Origin: Octopus sinensis
Lineage: Eukaryota
Assembly: GCF_006345805.1 (NCBI RefSeq)
Contig: NW_021832751.1
Coordinates: 1-32,862 of the forward strand
Length of the DNA stretch: 32,862 bases
Reading direction: 5' to 3'
Under the pieces are notes generated by a model. It had not been told where the DNA came from. It was given only the letters and a program-made list of their open reading frames with translations, and searched no databases. Both the position numbers and the translations under genes were made by a program. Shown here piece by piece: positions 10,027 to 21,101 of the stretch. Within the stretch, counting starts at the first letter, position 1. Each line of letters starts with the position of its first letter.

Positions 10027-10059
10027 CAGAGAGAAAGATATACAAAGAGAAAGCGGGAG

Positions 10060-10262
10060 GGACCTTTTCACTTTGACCGGCAGATTTTTAAAATAATTTC
10101 TTTGTAACCAAACACTTTTAAACTTCGTATACTGGTAGAATGTGTCACGTAAAACATCTTTTTCTCTTGGCGTTCTTGAGAAAATTCTGTAGTTTGTAAG
10201 ATATTTGTTGTTAAATTTCTTGAATTTCAGCAATTTCAACCAATCAATGACGTCTATTGAGG
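10060..10262 (+). mobile_element. Solo arm of the GGATCTTTTC foldback/MITE family
   Basis: ggaccttttc...aaacttcgtatactggtagaatgtgtc...caaccaatcaatgacgtctattgagg. Confidence 0.75.
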
Positions 10263-10358
10263 TGAATATATGTATCCTTTTTTAGTATGTGACTTCGTCT
10301 GTATCACTAGCGATTTTTCTCCCCTCTGTCTTCCTTCTCGGGAACTTTCCTTCTCCTA

Positions 10359-10395
10359 GGTTTCCGACGAAGAGCTCCGCTCGAAACGTCAAACC
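10359..10395 (+). ncRNA. Minimal type I hammerhead-like motif, family C
   Basis: GGUUU CCGACGA A GAGC ucc GCUC GAAAC GUC AAACC. Perfect 5-bp stem I, 4-bp stem II, GUC triplet and ACGU palindrome; core position 4 is U to C. Lies in an approximately 200-bp unit (about 10290-10495) ending at (AT)n. Confidence 0.6.
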
Positions 10396-10498
10396 CTCCT
10401 TCTTCCCTTCTTTCCTGAGCGTCCAATAATACTTTATTTTTTCCACGTCCTCGCGTTGTTGTCTTTTTGTTTTCTTGTTTGGATTAACTTTATATATA

Positions 10499-10548
<50 letters not shown>

Positions 10549-10559
10549 TATATATGGTG

Positions 10560-10750
10560 GGGGTCTTGTCTTTCTGTCTGAGTTCCCCATCACCGCTAGA
10601 ACAGGTGTTGGTGTGTTTAGATACCCGTAACCTAGCGGTTCGGCAATGGTATGCGGCAGAATAAGTACTGGGATCGATTCGTTTGGGTAAAATTATTTAA
10701 GGCCGATCCCCGGCATGGCCACAGTCTAATGACTGAAACAAGCAAAAGAT
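10560..10750 (+). mobile_element. SINE family 1 3' half, degenerate
   Basis: Homology to the family 1 3' half. Confidence 0.7.
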
Positions 10751-11077
10751 GAAAGACATACATACCTACATACATTCATACATATATGTATCAAAAGAAA
10801 AACAGGACGCAAAGGATTTTGCGGTACATATGTTTCTGGCTTTATTGAACAATTTATATCAATGCATAATTGATATAACAGGTAGGTCAAAAGCCTTCTT
10901 CAGCCGCGTACAATTACCACACCAAAGACATGCATTACATTATAGCAGGTTTGAGAAAAAGTTTGGGAAAAAACCGGGTTTCATTGGGAAAGTAAATCCT
11001 CATAGGTGTATTATGGCATTGCGAGACACCAAAACAAAACGTCCATACCGTTTTTTCACTCGATACATTAATACATA

Positions 11078-11475
11078 CGTGGCTGTGTGGTATGTAGCTT
11101 GCTAACCAACCACATGGTTCCGGGTTCAGTCCCACTGTGTGGCATCTTGGGCAAGTGTCTTCTGCTATAGCCTCGGGCCGACCAATGCCTTGTGAGTGGA
11201 TTTGGTAGACGGAAACTGAAAGAAGCCTGTCGTATATATATATATATATATGCATGTGTGTGCTTGTGTGTCTGTGTTTGTCCCCCTAGCATTGCTTGAC
11301 AACAGATGCTGGTGTGTTTATGTCCCCGTTACTTAGCGGTTCGGCAAAAAGAGACCGATAGAATAAGTACTGGGCTTACAAAAAGAATAAGTCCCGGGGT
11401 CGAGTTGCTCTATTAAAGGCGGTGCTCCAGCATGGCCGCAGTCAAATGACTGAAACAAGTAAAAGAGTAAAAGAG
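11078..11475 (+). mobile_element. SINE family 1, full length
   Basis: Matches 4592-4981 closely. Confidence 0.9.
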
Positions 11476-11965
11476 TATACATACATACATACATACACAT
11501 ATACACGCGCTTACAGACGAGTATGTGCATGCTAACATTTCTACGTGTGCTGATATATACAGATGCGTACGTTGTCGAAGATGACAAATGCGAGGAGCCT
11601 ACTTGAAACATTAACCTTTTGTCAGAAGAACAAGAGTCGCAACAACTTCGAGAACATTAGCAACAACCACGATGACGACGACAACAACAACAACAACAAC
11701 AACAACAACTGTGTGGCCTTTATGACTCAGAAAAATCACGATAACCTTTGAACATCCTCGAGATATTCCTTTTATCTGCTGCAATCTTAGTCGACAAACG
11801 CTAACCTCAATTCCACCATCTTGGCTTCATATCTCAGCGCCTTCGGTCGAGTATGTAGCAAGGTCGAATGCTCGAGTGGTTTCCATATATTCTGCAGTGG
11901 CCTACTTGAAATGTGTTTCTCTACTGATGTACTATATTACGGTATATACGAGGTGCCTGTATTGT

Positions 11966-12410
11966 GAAGGCGGCGAGCTGGCAGAATCGTTAGCACGCCG
12001 GGCGAAATGCGTGGCCGTATTTCGTCTGCCGTTACGTTGTGAGTTCAAATTCCGCCGAGGTCGACTTTACCTTTCATCCTTTCGGGGTCGATTAAATAAG
12101 CACCAGTTACGCACTGGGGTCGATGTAATCGACTTAATCCGTGTGTCTGTCCTTGTTTGTCCTCTCTGTGTTTAAAGGCGGCGAGCTGGCAGAAGCGTTA
12201 GCACGCCGGGCGAAATGCGTGGCCGTATTTCGTCTGCCGTTACGTTGTGAGTTCAAATTCCGCCGAGATCGACTTTACCTTTCATCCTTTCGGGGTCGAT
12301 TAAATAAGCACCAGTTACGCACTGGGGTCGATGTAATCGACTTAATCCGTTTGTCTGTCCTTGTTTGTCCCCTCTGTGTTTAGCCCCTTGTGGGTAGTAA
12401 AGAAGTAGTT
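11966..12410 (+). mobile_element. Head-to-tail dimer of SINE family 2
   Basis: Two near-identical approximately 207-bp units starting aaggcggcgagctggcagaa at about 11968 and 12175. Confidence 0.9.
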
Positions 12411-12552
12411 ATATACGAGATGCGTTCTAGAAGTTCTGAGCTGTTTTTTCTTTTGTAGAAGAGGTAGTTATAACAGTCCTAGATTATTCTAGTTTATCAT
12501 TATATGTGCCTGTTTCTATAGTTTCTCATATAAGTGCCCGTTTCTATAGTAA

Positions 12553-12900
12553 CAAGCTGGTAGAATCGTTAGCACGCCAGACAAAATGCTTAGCACATTT
12601 CGTCTGTTTTCATGTTCTGAGTTCAAATTCCGTCTAGGTCGACTTTGCGTTTCATCTTCTCGGGGTCGATAAAAAAAGTACCAGTTGGGTACTGGTGTCG
12701 ATGTAATCGACAGAATCGTTAGCACACCAGACAAAATGCTTGACACATTTCGTCTGTCTTCACGTTCTGAGTTCAAATTCCGTCTAGGTTGACTTTGCTT
12801 TTTATACTCTCGAGGTCGATAAAATACGTACCAGTTGGGTACTGGGTTCGATTCGATGTAATCGACTTAATTCCTCTCTCGAAATTGCAGGCTTTCTGCC
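12553..12900 (+). mobile_element. Second, more diverged tandem pair of SINE family 2
   Basis: agaatcgttagcac(g/a)ccagacaaaatgctt occurs at about 12562 and 12712. Confidence 0.8.
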
Positions 12901-13042
12901 AAAATTTTAAATTATTACCATACACCTAATAAGCCGATCTGCCAACTTTTATTAGTCCTGATTGAAGAAGACAGCCGTAACAGCACTTTGAACACACCTG
13001 AGTAGTTAGTAGAATGCAGTCGGAGCTGCATTCAATTAACTA

Positions 13043-13270
13043 AAAGGCGGTGAGCTGGCAGAAACGTTAGCACGCCGGGCGAAATGTTTAGCGGATTTCG
13101 TCTGCCGTTACGTTCTGAGTTCAAATTCCGCCGAGGTCGACTTTGCCTTTCATCCTTTCGGGGTCGATAAATTAAGTACCTGTTGCGCACTGGGGTCGAT
13201 GTAATCAACTTAATCTCTTTGTCTGTCCTTGTTTATCCTCTCTGTGTTTAGCCCCTTGTGGGCAATAAGG
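13043..13270 (+). mobile_element. SINE family 2, full length
   Basis: Matches 12175-12410. Confidence 0.9.
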
Positions 13271-13354
13271 AAAAATGAATGCAGCCGGAGCAAAATAAAA
13301 TAATATAAAAGCACTATATATATATTGAAGCGGGGCGAAAAATCGTCCTAGCAG

Positions 13355-13935
13355 TTATTATTATTATTATTATTATTATTATTTTATTATTATTATTATT
13401 ATTATTATTGCCGGGTTCCAAATGTACCCGTCACATTTCTCGGTCCATCATCACTGCCTCAATGTCCTGGATACATTCCAGGCCAGTGTCAGCAATCAAA
13501 TTGTCGATGTGCGACGACGTTTTCCTCTTCTTCCCTCACCATGAAGTGGATTCCACAAGACTGATTTGGATGCCTCCAGGTCAGGGTGGAGTACGCAGCG
13601 ACCAGATGGTCGCAGCCGTCTTTGCTTGATCTTCTTGTTAACATTCGGCATGTCTCCATAAAGGCATTCATTTATCATACGTTGCTGCCATTTCACATTT
13701 AGGGCCATTCGTGGCATCCTTGTGTCGCATCCATTTAGCCCGTTTGATTATTTCTTTGTCAGAGTCCATGTTTCTCGGCCATATTGTAGTGTTGGTCGGA
13801 TGGTGACATTGACAAGGTGCAATAATGCTGAAATGCATCTACGTTCTCGTGGATGACTGCCGGATCGAAATGAAGCTCTTCATTGCTTAATAGCACTGAT
13901 TCGATTGTTGCAATGAAGAGCTTCATTTTGATCCG
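13355..13935 (-). mobile_element. 5'-truncated RTE-like LINE 3' end (RT C-terminus pseudogene) with (TAA)n tail
   Basis: Minus strand translates, with frameshifts, as RIKMKLFIATIESVLL // YGRETWTLTKK..LNGCDTRMPRMALNVKWQQ..LYGDMP..KIKQRRLRPSGRCVLHPDLEASKSVLWNP.HG..RRG..IDNLIADTGL..MMDREM*R. This is the typical post-RT region of RTE-clade ORF2. The (AAT)n tail is at 13355-13409. Confidence 0.85.
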
Positions 13936-14015
13936 GCAGTAATCCACGAGAACGGTAGATGCATTTCAGCATTATTGCGCCTTGTCAATGTCACCATCCT
14001 ACCAACACTACAATA
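13782..14015. repeat. Long inverted repeat: 105/106-bp arms with a 23-nt loop
   Basis: 13782-13886 versus 13910-14015 differ by 4 substitutions and 1 indel. Confidence 0.92.
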
Positions 14016-14089
14016 CCATCAAAATTACCAACTCCGCCACCGACACCACAAAGAAAGTTGCCTGTTCTTCTTCGATTACTATCGCAATC

Positions 14090-14307
14090 AGCAGTAGCTT
14101 TCTTCAACCGAATACACGTCGTTTATTGGTTGAAATTACCCAAATACGACAACTTTAACACGAAATAACTTCCAAAATACCAAATTTTGTCAAAAGCGTT
14201 CAGAGTAAACCGTATTCTACGCGAGAAATTCTACCGGTATTCGAAGTTTCAAACTGTTCAGTTAAAAAAATTAATTTTAAAATCTGTGATTGAGATGGAA
14301 GAGATCC
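14090..14307 (-). mobile_element. Solo arm of the GGATCTTTTC family, diverged
   Basis: cagcagtagc..aatacacgtcgtttattggttgaaattacc...ggaagagatcc is the reverse-complement homologue of 17199-17420. Confidence 0.65.
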
Positions 14308-14309
14308 AA

Positions 14310-14540
14310 TACCAGCATCCTTACCACCACCACCACCACCACTGCCGATAACGAACCCCACCACCAACACCAAAAACACGCCCACAACCAACCCCCACCC
14401 TTGGTCATAGAACCACATCTAGCATTACCACCGCCGACAACATCACGGCCTACGCCACTACCATCACTACTTCCGCTGTCGGTACCACCACCACCACCAC
14501 CACCGCCGCCGCCGCCGTCATCACGACCACCTCCATTTCT

Positions 14541-14572
<32 letters not shown>

Positions 14573-14828
14573 AACAACACCTCCACTGCCACCACCACAA
14601 ACTCCACCGGTATCATATCACCACCTCTACCACCAACACTGCCGTTACCACTACCACCACCACTACCCTCACTGCTACCACCCTCGTCACAGCCACCAGC
14701 CCCCGTCACCCTCACTATCACCACCACTAACACCCAGTACCACCACTGCCACTCCATTACCCCTTTGTACCACCACCACTACCCCCAGTACCACTGCCAC
14801 TACCCCCAGTACCAACACCATCACCATT
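14310..14828. repeat. (CCA/ACC)n-rich low-complexity tract
   Basis: Directly visible. It explains the poly-T/P/G ORFs. Confidence 0.9.
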
Positions 14829-14912
14829 GGTTGACATAGCAACAACAGATGCGGACTGGAAGACAACCACAAATGTTTCTCATTACTTTCGCTGCCTTAA
14901 CCAAGTTAATGT

Positions 14913-15008
14913 TTGTGCGTGAGCGTGCGTGCGTGTGAGTGTGTGTGTGTGTGTGTGTGTTTGTGTGTGTGTGTGCGTGTATGCGTGCGTGTACATGCGT
15001 GAGCGTGC

Positions 15009-15052
<44 letters not shown>

Positions 15053-15087
15053 TGTGTGTGTGCGTGTACATGCGTGAGCGTGCGTGC

Positions 15088-15125
<38 letters not shown>

Positions 15126-15153
15126 ATGCGTGCGTGTACATGCGTGAGCGTGC

Positions 15154-15189
<36 letters not shown>

Positions 15190-15221
15190 ATGCGTGCGTG
15201 TACATGCGTGAGCGTGCGTGC

Positions 15222-15260
<39 letters not shown>

Positions 15261-15297
15261 CGTGTATGCGTGCGTGTACATGCGTGTGTGTGTGTGT
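14913..15297. repeat. Minisatellite of about 5 units (gcgtgagcgtgcgtgcgt..(gt)n..gcgtgtatgcgtgcgtgtacat)
   Basis: The fixed motif gcgtgtacatgcgtgagcgtgcgtgcgtg recurs with a variable (GT)n spacer. Confidence 0.85.
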
Positions 15298-15491
15298 TTG
15301 AGGGGGTATTGCATCGTTGTAAGGTGTGACAGTAAGCATAGAGCGAGGGAGGCGATGGGATGGCGTGTGAGGAGGGTGAATGTGTGTGTGTGTGTTCATT
15401 CCATTCTGTTTCGGCAAATGTCCGCCACGGATGAGCACAGTTTTGTTTGTTTGTTTGTTTGTTTGTTTGTTTGTTTCTCCTCGTTGTGCAG

Positions 15492-15557
15492 ATGGTCGAA
15501 CTTAAAGGAGAAGGTTTCGAATTTTTGTACCGGAACACAAAGAACTGCCTTGAAAAG
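15492..15557 (+). other. Candidate 66-nt phase-0 internal exon (MVELKGEGFEFLYRNTKNCLEK), gene unknown
   Basis: Pyrimidine-rich tract ending ttctcctcgttgtgcag, open frame, AAG|gtcaat donor (weak at +3 to +6), non-repetitive sequence. No homology recognised. Confidence 0.2.
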
Positions 15558-15609
15558 GTCAATCGAGTACAAGAAAATAAATTTATTGATTTCTGTGAAA
15601 TAAACGCAC

Positions 15610-15996
15610 AGGCGCAGGAGTGGCTGTGTGGTAAGTAGCTTGCTAACCAACCACATGGTCCCAGGTTCAGTCCCACTGCGTGGCACCTTGGGCAAGTGTC
15701 TTCCACTGTAGCCTTGTGAGTGGATTTGGTAGACGGAAACTGAAAAGAAGCCCGTCGTATATATGTATATATGTATATATATGTGCTAGTATGTTTGTGT
15801 GTGTGTTTGTCCCATCCAACATCGCTTGAAAACCGATGCTGGTGTGTTTATATCCCCATCACTTAGCGGTTCGGCAAAAGAGACCGATAGAATAAGTACT
15901 GGGCTTACAAAGAATAAGTTCCGGGGTCGTGTTGCTCGATTAAAGGCGGTGCTCCAGCATGGCCTCAGTCAAATGACTGAAACAAGTAAAAGAGTA
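15610..15996 (+). mobile_element. SINE family 1, full length with a small internal deletion
   Basis: ggcgcaggagtggctgtgtggtaagtagc ... gaaacaagtaaaagag. Confidence 0.9.
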
Positions 15997-16427
15997 AATA
16001 ATGATAGCCAAGCCATGTCTATATGGTAATATAAATAATATATAAATATCTACATACATATATGTACATACCTACATATATATGTATATATACATGCATA
16101 TATGGGTACAGGACATTAAAAAAAAACGTTGAACACAATGAGAAACGAAACGAACTTATTTCGAACAACGAAAAAAAAACAGAGAAACGAGACATACAAC
16201 ATAAAGAATATTTTCCCCTTCTTCAGTTGTCCGTTTCATATACTCCACTTCCGAAGGCAAGGACAATACACGACTTCGTTGAAACAATCCTTCCCACAAA
16301 GCAAATTAAATAAAATTTGGAATTTTTTGCCGAGGGTGAAAGTGGTAGTTCTATATGCTAGAAATAGCAACCAAATAATTCCTAAATAACACCCTCTATT
16401 ATCTTGAACGTGAAAAACACGTTAAAT

Positions 16428-17085
16428 CAGTGGTTCCCAACTATTTCTTACCAATGGATCCCTTTGATTATTATCTCACTTGGGTGGACCCTCTTAGGCA
16501 TTGGATTCTGTTATTTTTTTATTTGTTTTAGTTATTTAACTGCGGCCATGCCTGAGAACCGCCTTAAAGGTTTTTTAGTCGAGGAAATTGCCCCAGATCT
16601 TATTCTTTGTAAGCCTAGCACATATTCTATCAGTCACTTTTGCTGAACCGCTAAGCTACGGGAACATAAATACACCAGCAATCGGTTTTCAGACAATGGC
16701 GGGGGGGGGGTCGTTACGAACACAGGCACACACACTCACAAATATATACATACATATATATGTACGACGGGCTTCTTTCAGTTTCTGTCTACCAAATCCA
16801 CTTACGATTCTTTGGCCGATCCGAAGCTATAGTAGAAGACACTTGCTCAAGGTGCCATGAATGGGACTGAACCCAGAACCATGTGGTTGATAGCAAGCTC
16901 CTTACCACACAGCCGCCAAAAATTCTTGTTATATTTCTGTATTTAAATATTACTAGGAATTGTCGAAAAAGTTGTTAAAGTATTTTGTGCAATGTGGGAG
17001 TATGACCAATCAATTGCATCCATTTTAACAACCAAATATCATAGGGACATCTAAGGGCCATATTGACTCCGGTTGAGAACCCCTG
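16428..17085. mobile_element. hAT-type MITE containing a family 1 SINE (-, about 16520-16918)
   Basis: TIRs cagtggttcccaac / gttgagaacccctg; 8-bp TSD cgttaaat (16420-16427) / cgttaaag (17086-17093). Confidence 0.8.
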
Positions 17086-17198
17086 CGTTAAAGGATATAG
17101 TCATAGATAAATATAAAATTCTCTGAATGGTCATAGCAAGAACGTCTCTCTCTCTTTTCTTACGCTCGGCCTTCACTGCTCACTCAGGGCTCCCTTGG

Positions 17199-17420
17199 AG
17201 ATCTTTTCCCTTTGAACGGCAGATCGAGAAATTAATTTTTTGCAACCAAACACTTTCAAACTTCGGACACTGATATAAAACATATAAAACATCTTTTACT
17301 CTTAGTGTTGTTGAGAAAAGTTTACATTTTCAAAGTTATTTGGTATTAAAGTTGCCGTATTTCGGTAATTTCAACCAATCAATGACGTGTATTCAGCTGA
17401 ATAAAATTACTGCTGTTGTT
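17199..17420 (+). mobile_element. Solo arm of the GGATCTTTTC family
   Basis: agatcttttccc...caaccaatcaatgacgtgtattcagctg. Confidence 0.7.
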
Positions 17421-17639
17421 TGTCAACAACTTCCGGCGGTGTATATTTCGTTTGTCACTATTTCATCTCAGTTGCGTTTCTATGAATAAACGACTGAATC
17501 TGAAGTATGTTTATTTCATGGCACCAGCACAGTCGTTCGAGCATTTCTACTGCTTTTAGTCTTTTTTTTTCTTTTTCCTGTTTTTCAGCAACTATTTTCG
17601 GAAAATAGGTTCCAGGTTCAGTCCTACTACTGATCAAAG

Positions 17640-17730
17640 GGCGGAGGTAAAGAATACGCACTCTCGGTGTTTAGGATTATGGTTTTTGTTACGCCGAAAA
17701 CGGGAGGTGTGCGTATTCTTTACCTCTGCC
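17640..17730. mobile_element. 91-bp MITE with 22-bp TIRs and a perfect 8-bp TSD
   Basis: TIRs ggcggaggtaaagaatacgcac / gtgcgtattctttacctctgcc (1 mismatch); TSD gatcaaag at 17632-17639 and 17731-17738. Confidence 0.85.
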
Positions 17731-17780
17731 GATCAAAGCCTTGTAAGTGGAATTGGTGGACGGTAACTGAAAGAAGCCAG

Positions 17781-18115
17781 GGATCTTTTCCTTTTGATAG
17801 CCAGATTTCATCACAATTTCTAGTTAACTAAACACTTTAAAACTTCGTATACTGGTAGAATGTGTCAAAAGAAAACATTATTATACAGATGTCTCAGTTT
17901 TTAGACGCAGCAAATGATTTCAGCTCAAAAGAGAGCATAGGATTGGATAAAATTCGAAAAATTAAACTACGTTAAACAAACGAATTATAAATTTATCAAA
18001 AAAGCCAAGTGAAAATAATGTTTTCTTTTGACACATTCTACCAGTATACGAAGTTTTAAAGTTTGTAGTTAACTAGAAATTGTGTTGAAATCTGGTTATC
18101 AAAAGGAAAAGATCC
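17781..18115. mobile_element. Complete 335-bp MITE with about 102-bp TIRs (GGATCTTTTCC...) and a perfect 8-bp TSD
   Basis: TIRs at 17781-17882 and 18014-18115; TSD gaagccag at 17773-17780 and 18116-18123. Long TIRs starting with G suggest Mutator/foldback, but the superfamily is not proven. Confidence 0.88.
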
Positions 18116-18647
18116 GAAGCCAGTCGTAAATATGTGTGTTCCCTACTGCCGCATGAAAACCGGTGTTGGTGCGTTAACGTCCCCATAACTTAGTGGTTGG
18201 GCAAAAGAACCCCAATAAAATAAGTACCAGGTTATTAAAAAATAAGTAAGTAAAAGGGTCGATTCCTTCAACTAGAATTCCTCGAGACGGTGCTCCAGTA
18301 TGGCCGTACTCTAATACCTGAAACAAGTAAGACGTAAAAGATAAAATGTAAAAATAACATAATACTTTCGTAGAATATTCTGGGAAGTCGCAGCAAACTA
18401 AACAGGGAGAGAAAAAAAACTGCTTTCCAAACAAGTAGAACATTGCATTTTATAATGGCGCTCCTACGCTGCTTACTGCTACTTTGTTCAGCCATGCGCG
18501 CTTGCTACAGATACAGCCTGAAGACATTAGCTACAGCTCTTAAATTTCCACATCAAACGATTTTATTTAGAGCAACCGATGCTGGAATTTCGAAATTCAA
18601 AAAAAAACGAGAGAAATTTCAGTGAGGATTTTTTTCTTCCTTTTTAT

Positions 18648-18706
<59 letters not shown>

Positions 18707-18707
18707 C

Positions 18708-18750
<43 letters not shown>

Positions 18751-19417
18751 ATCGACATCGTACACAAACTGTAATTTACATGTCACTCATGCATATATAT
18801 ATATGTTATATGTGAGCGTGTGTGTGTGTATGTATATGAATATATGTATGTATGTATATATATGTATATCTATATATATATATTGGTATGAAATTGAATA
18901 AAAAATTGAATTTTAATCAAATCATATTCATTCTTTCTCTCTGTCTCTCTGTATATCTACATACATATGCATATTTGTGCGTGTGTGTGTGTGTATAAGC
19001 ATATATATATATATGTATATATCCGTGTATATTTATGTATACATGTACACACACGCACACATACACACACACATATATATATATAGCGATTACATCGTAG
19101 AAGAGATATTTTAGTCACTTTAGAACTCATAGAACTAATTACATTCACTTTCCTGTTAACTCTTGAGCTTCTAAAGATTTCGTCGCATTCCTGCAGCGTA
19201 ATCATCGTCACAGGTCGACAGTTCCAGATGATGACACCTGCAAGATCGTAAATCTGCGTGTGTGTGTAGAGAGAGAGAGCGCGTGCTTGTGTGTGTGCGA
19301 GCGTGTGTATGTATATGTATGTTAATATATATATATATATATAATATTATAATATATATATATATATATATTTATATAACCTGCCTTCGTCTTTTGTTAA
19401 TTTCCATAATTTCCCGT

Positions 19418-19449
<32 letters not shown>

Positions 19450-19545
19450 TATAGGGGGAGAGTTCACGAAAAAAACAAAAGACGAAGACAGGCGGTGTAA
19501 AAACAAACAGATGTATTAGTATAACGCTCAGGAATAGAAAAAAAG

Positions 19546-19583
19546 TCTTTTACATTTCGAGCCTACGCTCTTCTACAGAAAAA
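19546..19583 (-). ncRNA. Minimal hammerhead-like motif, family A copy 3 (diverged)
   Basis: Minus strand reads uuuuu CUGUAGA A GAGC guag GCUC GAAAU GUA aaaga, in a family A unit at about 19455-19585. Confidence 0.5.
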
Positions 19584-19677
19584 AATATATATGTATGTAT
19601 GTATGTATCTCTCTTTTCTCTTTTCTCTTTTACTTGTTTCAGTCATTTTGACTGCGGCCATGCTGGAGCAACGCCTG

Positions 19678-19711
<34 letters not shown>

Positions 19712-19819
19712 TGTATGTATATATATATACACACACAAATATACATATATCTGTAGGTAGGTATGTATATAATGGAGAGATTTACGTTCCAATTTGCTGC
19801 AATCCTAAAACCAAAAAGT

Positions 19820-20179
19820 ACCAAACAGAAAACCAAATGGTTTAACTTCCCTTGCAGTCATGCAGTAAACACATGCATCGCAAACTATTTCCTTAAATTA
19901 ATAAGAAAATATCCCTTTTTTCTTTTCACAAGACAAATTCCCCATAAATCTCTAAATCTGAAACATAACGGCAAAAGAAATTCGATACACGGCAAATAGA
20001 CTCAAACACGAGTTCCTGCAACTGTTGAAACCCAGAGAATTGCCTCCTTAATTACACAAGCCTATTCAAAGATAGTATTAACTAAGGTAACCACAAACAC
20101 CACTGAAAGACACTACATAGGCCTAACTGCTAATAAATTGAAATTACGACAGACACAATACTTACATTCATTCAGGAAT

Positions 20180-20180
<1 letters not shown>
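19820..20180 (+). pseudogene. Decayed Penelope-like retroelement ORF fragment (post-RT linker and GIY-YIG start)
   Basis: Translates in pieces as KWFNFPCSHAVNTCIANYFLKLIRKY (compare PLE WFNPPY...IGKKFL.LIDKHF) and KVTTNTTERHYIGLTANKLKLRQTQYLHSFRN (YIG motif at 20114-20122). Confidence 0.7.
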
Positions 20181-20473
<293 letters not shown>

Positions 20474-20551
20474 TCCTTCTTTCTTCAAATTTTCTTCCGT
20501 TTCCCGCTGGGTGTTTTCCGTACACCTAGGGCAGAGAAGCTCATTGTATGC

Positions 20552-20640
20552 ATTATTATTATTATTATTTAGGGCTCTGCCTGGAATCGAACTCGGAATC
20601 CTGGGGTTAGTATCCCGCGCTCTTAACCACTACGCCCTAT
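20552..20640 (-). mobile_element. Short tRNA-derived SINE (tRNA head plus (TAA)n tail only)
   Basis: Minus strand reads gggcgtagtggttaagagcgcgggatactaaccccaggattccgagttcgattccaggcagagccct(aataat)n. It has A and B boxes but no intact acceptor stem. Confidence 0.7.
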
Positions 20641-20813
20641 GGAATCATGAAAAATAACTTTCCTTACACGATCACCTCGAGTAGATCGGAGGGGGTAATG
20701 TTGTACAGCCTAGGATGAAAATTTTGTTTCCTATGCATTTCCAAAAGGCTAGCAATCCCTATTATCACTCACAACGTATTCATTAATTTGGAGGTGGTCT
20801 TAATACAAAACGG

Positions 20814-21066
20814 ATATATATATATGTGTGTGTGTGTATGTATGTGTATATATATATATGTGTGTATGTATGTATGTGTATATATATATATATATATAAG
20901 TGTGTGTGTATGTATGTGTATATATATATGTATGTGTGTGTATGTATGTATATATATGTGTGTGTATGTATGTGTATATATATATATGTGTGTGTGTGTA
21001 TGTATGTGTATATATATATATATGTATGTGTGTGTATGTATATATATATGTGTGCGTGTATGTATG

Positions 21067-21101
<35 letters not shown>

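Larger units (their letters stand above)
17600..18345 (+). mobile_element. Diverged SINE family 1 copy interrupted by two MITEs
   Basis: ggttccaggttcagtcc ... gatcaaagccttgtaagtggaattgg...gaaagaagccag|tcgt ... 3' half continuing to about 18345. Confidence 0.75.

Noticed and set aside
19190-19250. Possible small exon on either strand (VIIVTGRQFQMMTPARS, or CHHLELSTCDDDYAAGMRRNL)
   Set aside because: Several incompatible frames are equally plausible and none is recognisable.
20570-20640. tRNA-like sequence as a genuine tRNA gene
   Set aside because: The acceptor stem does not pair and it runs into a (TAA)n tail, so it was called a SINE. The same applies to the other SINE heads.
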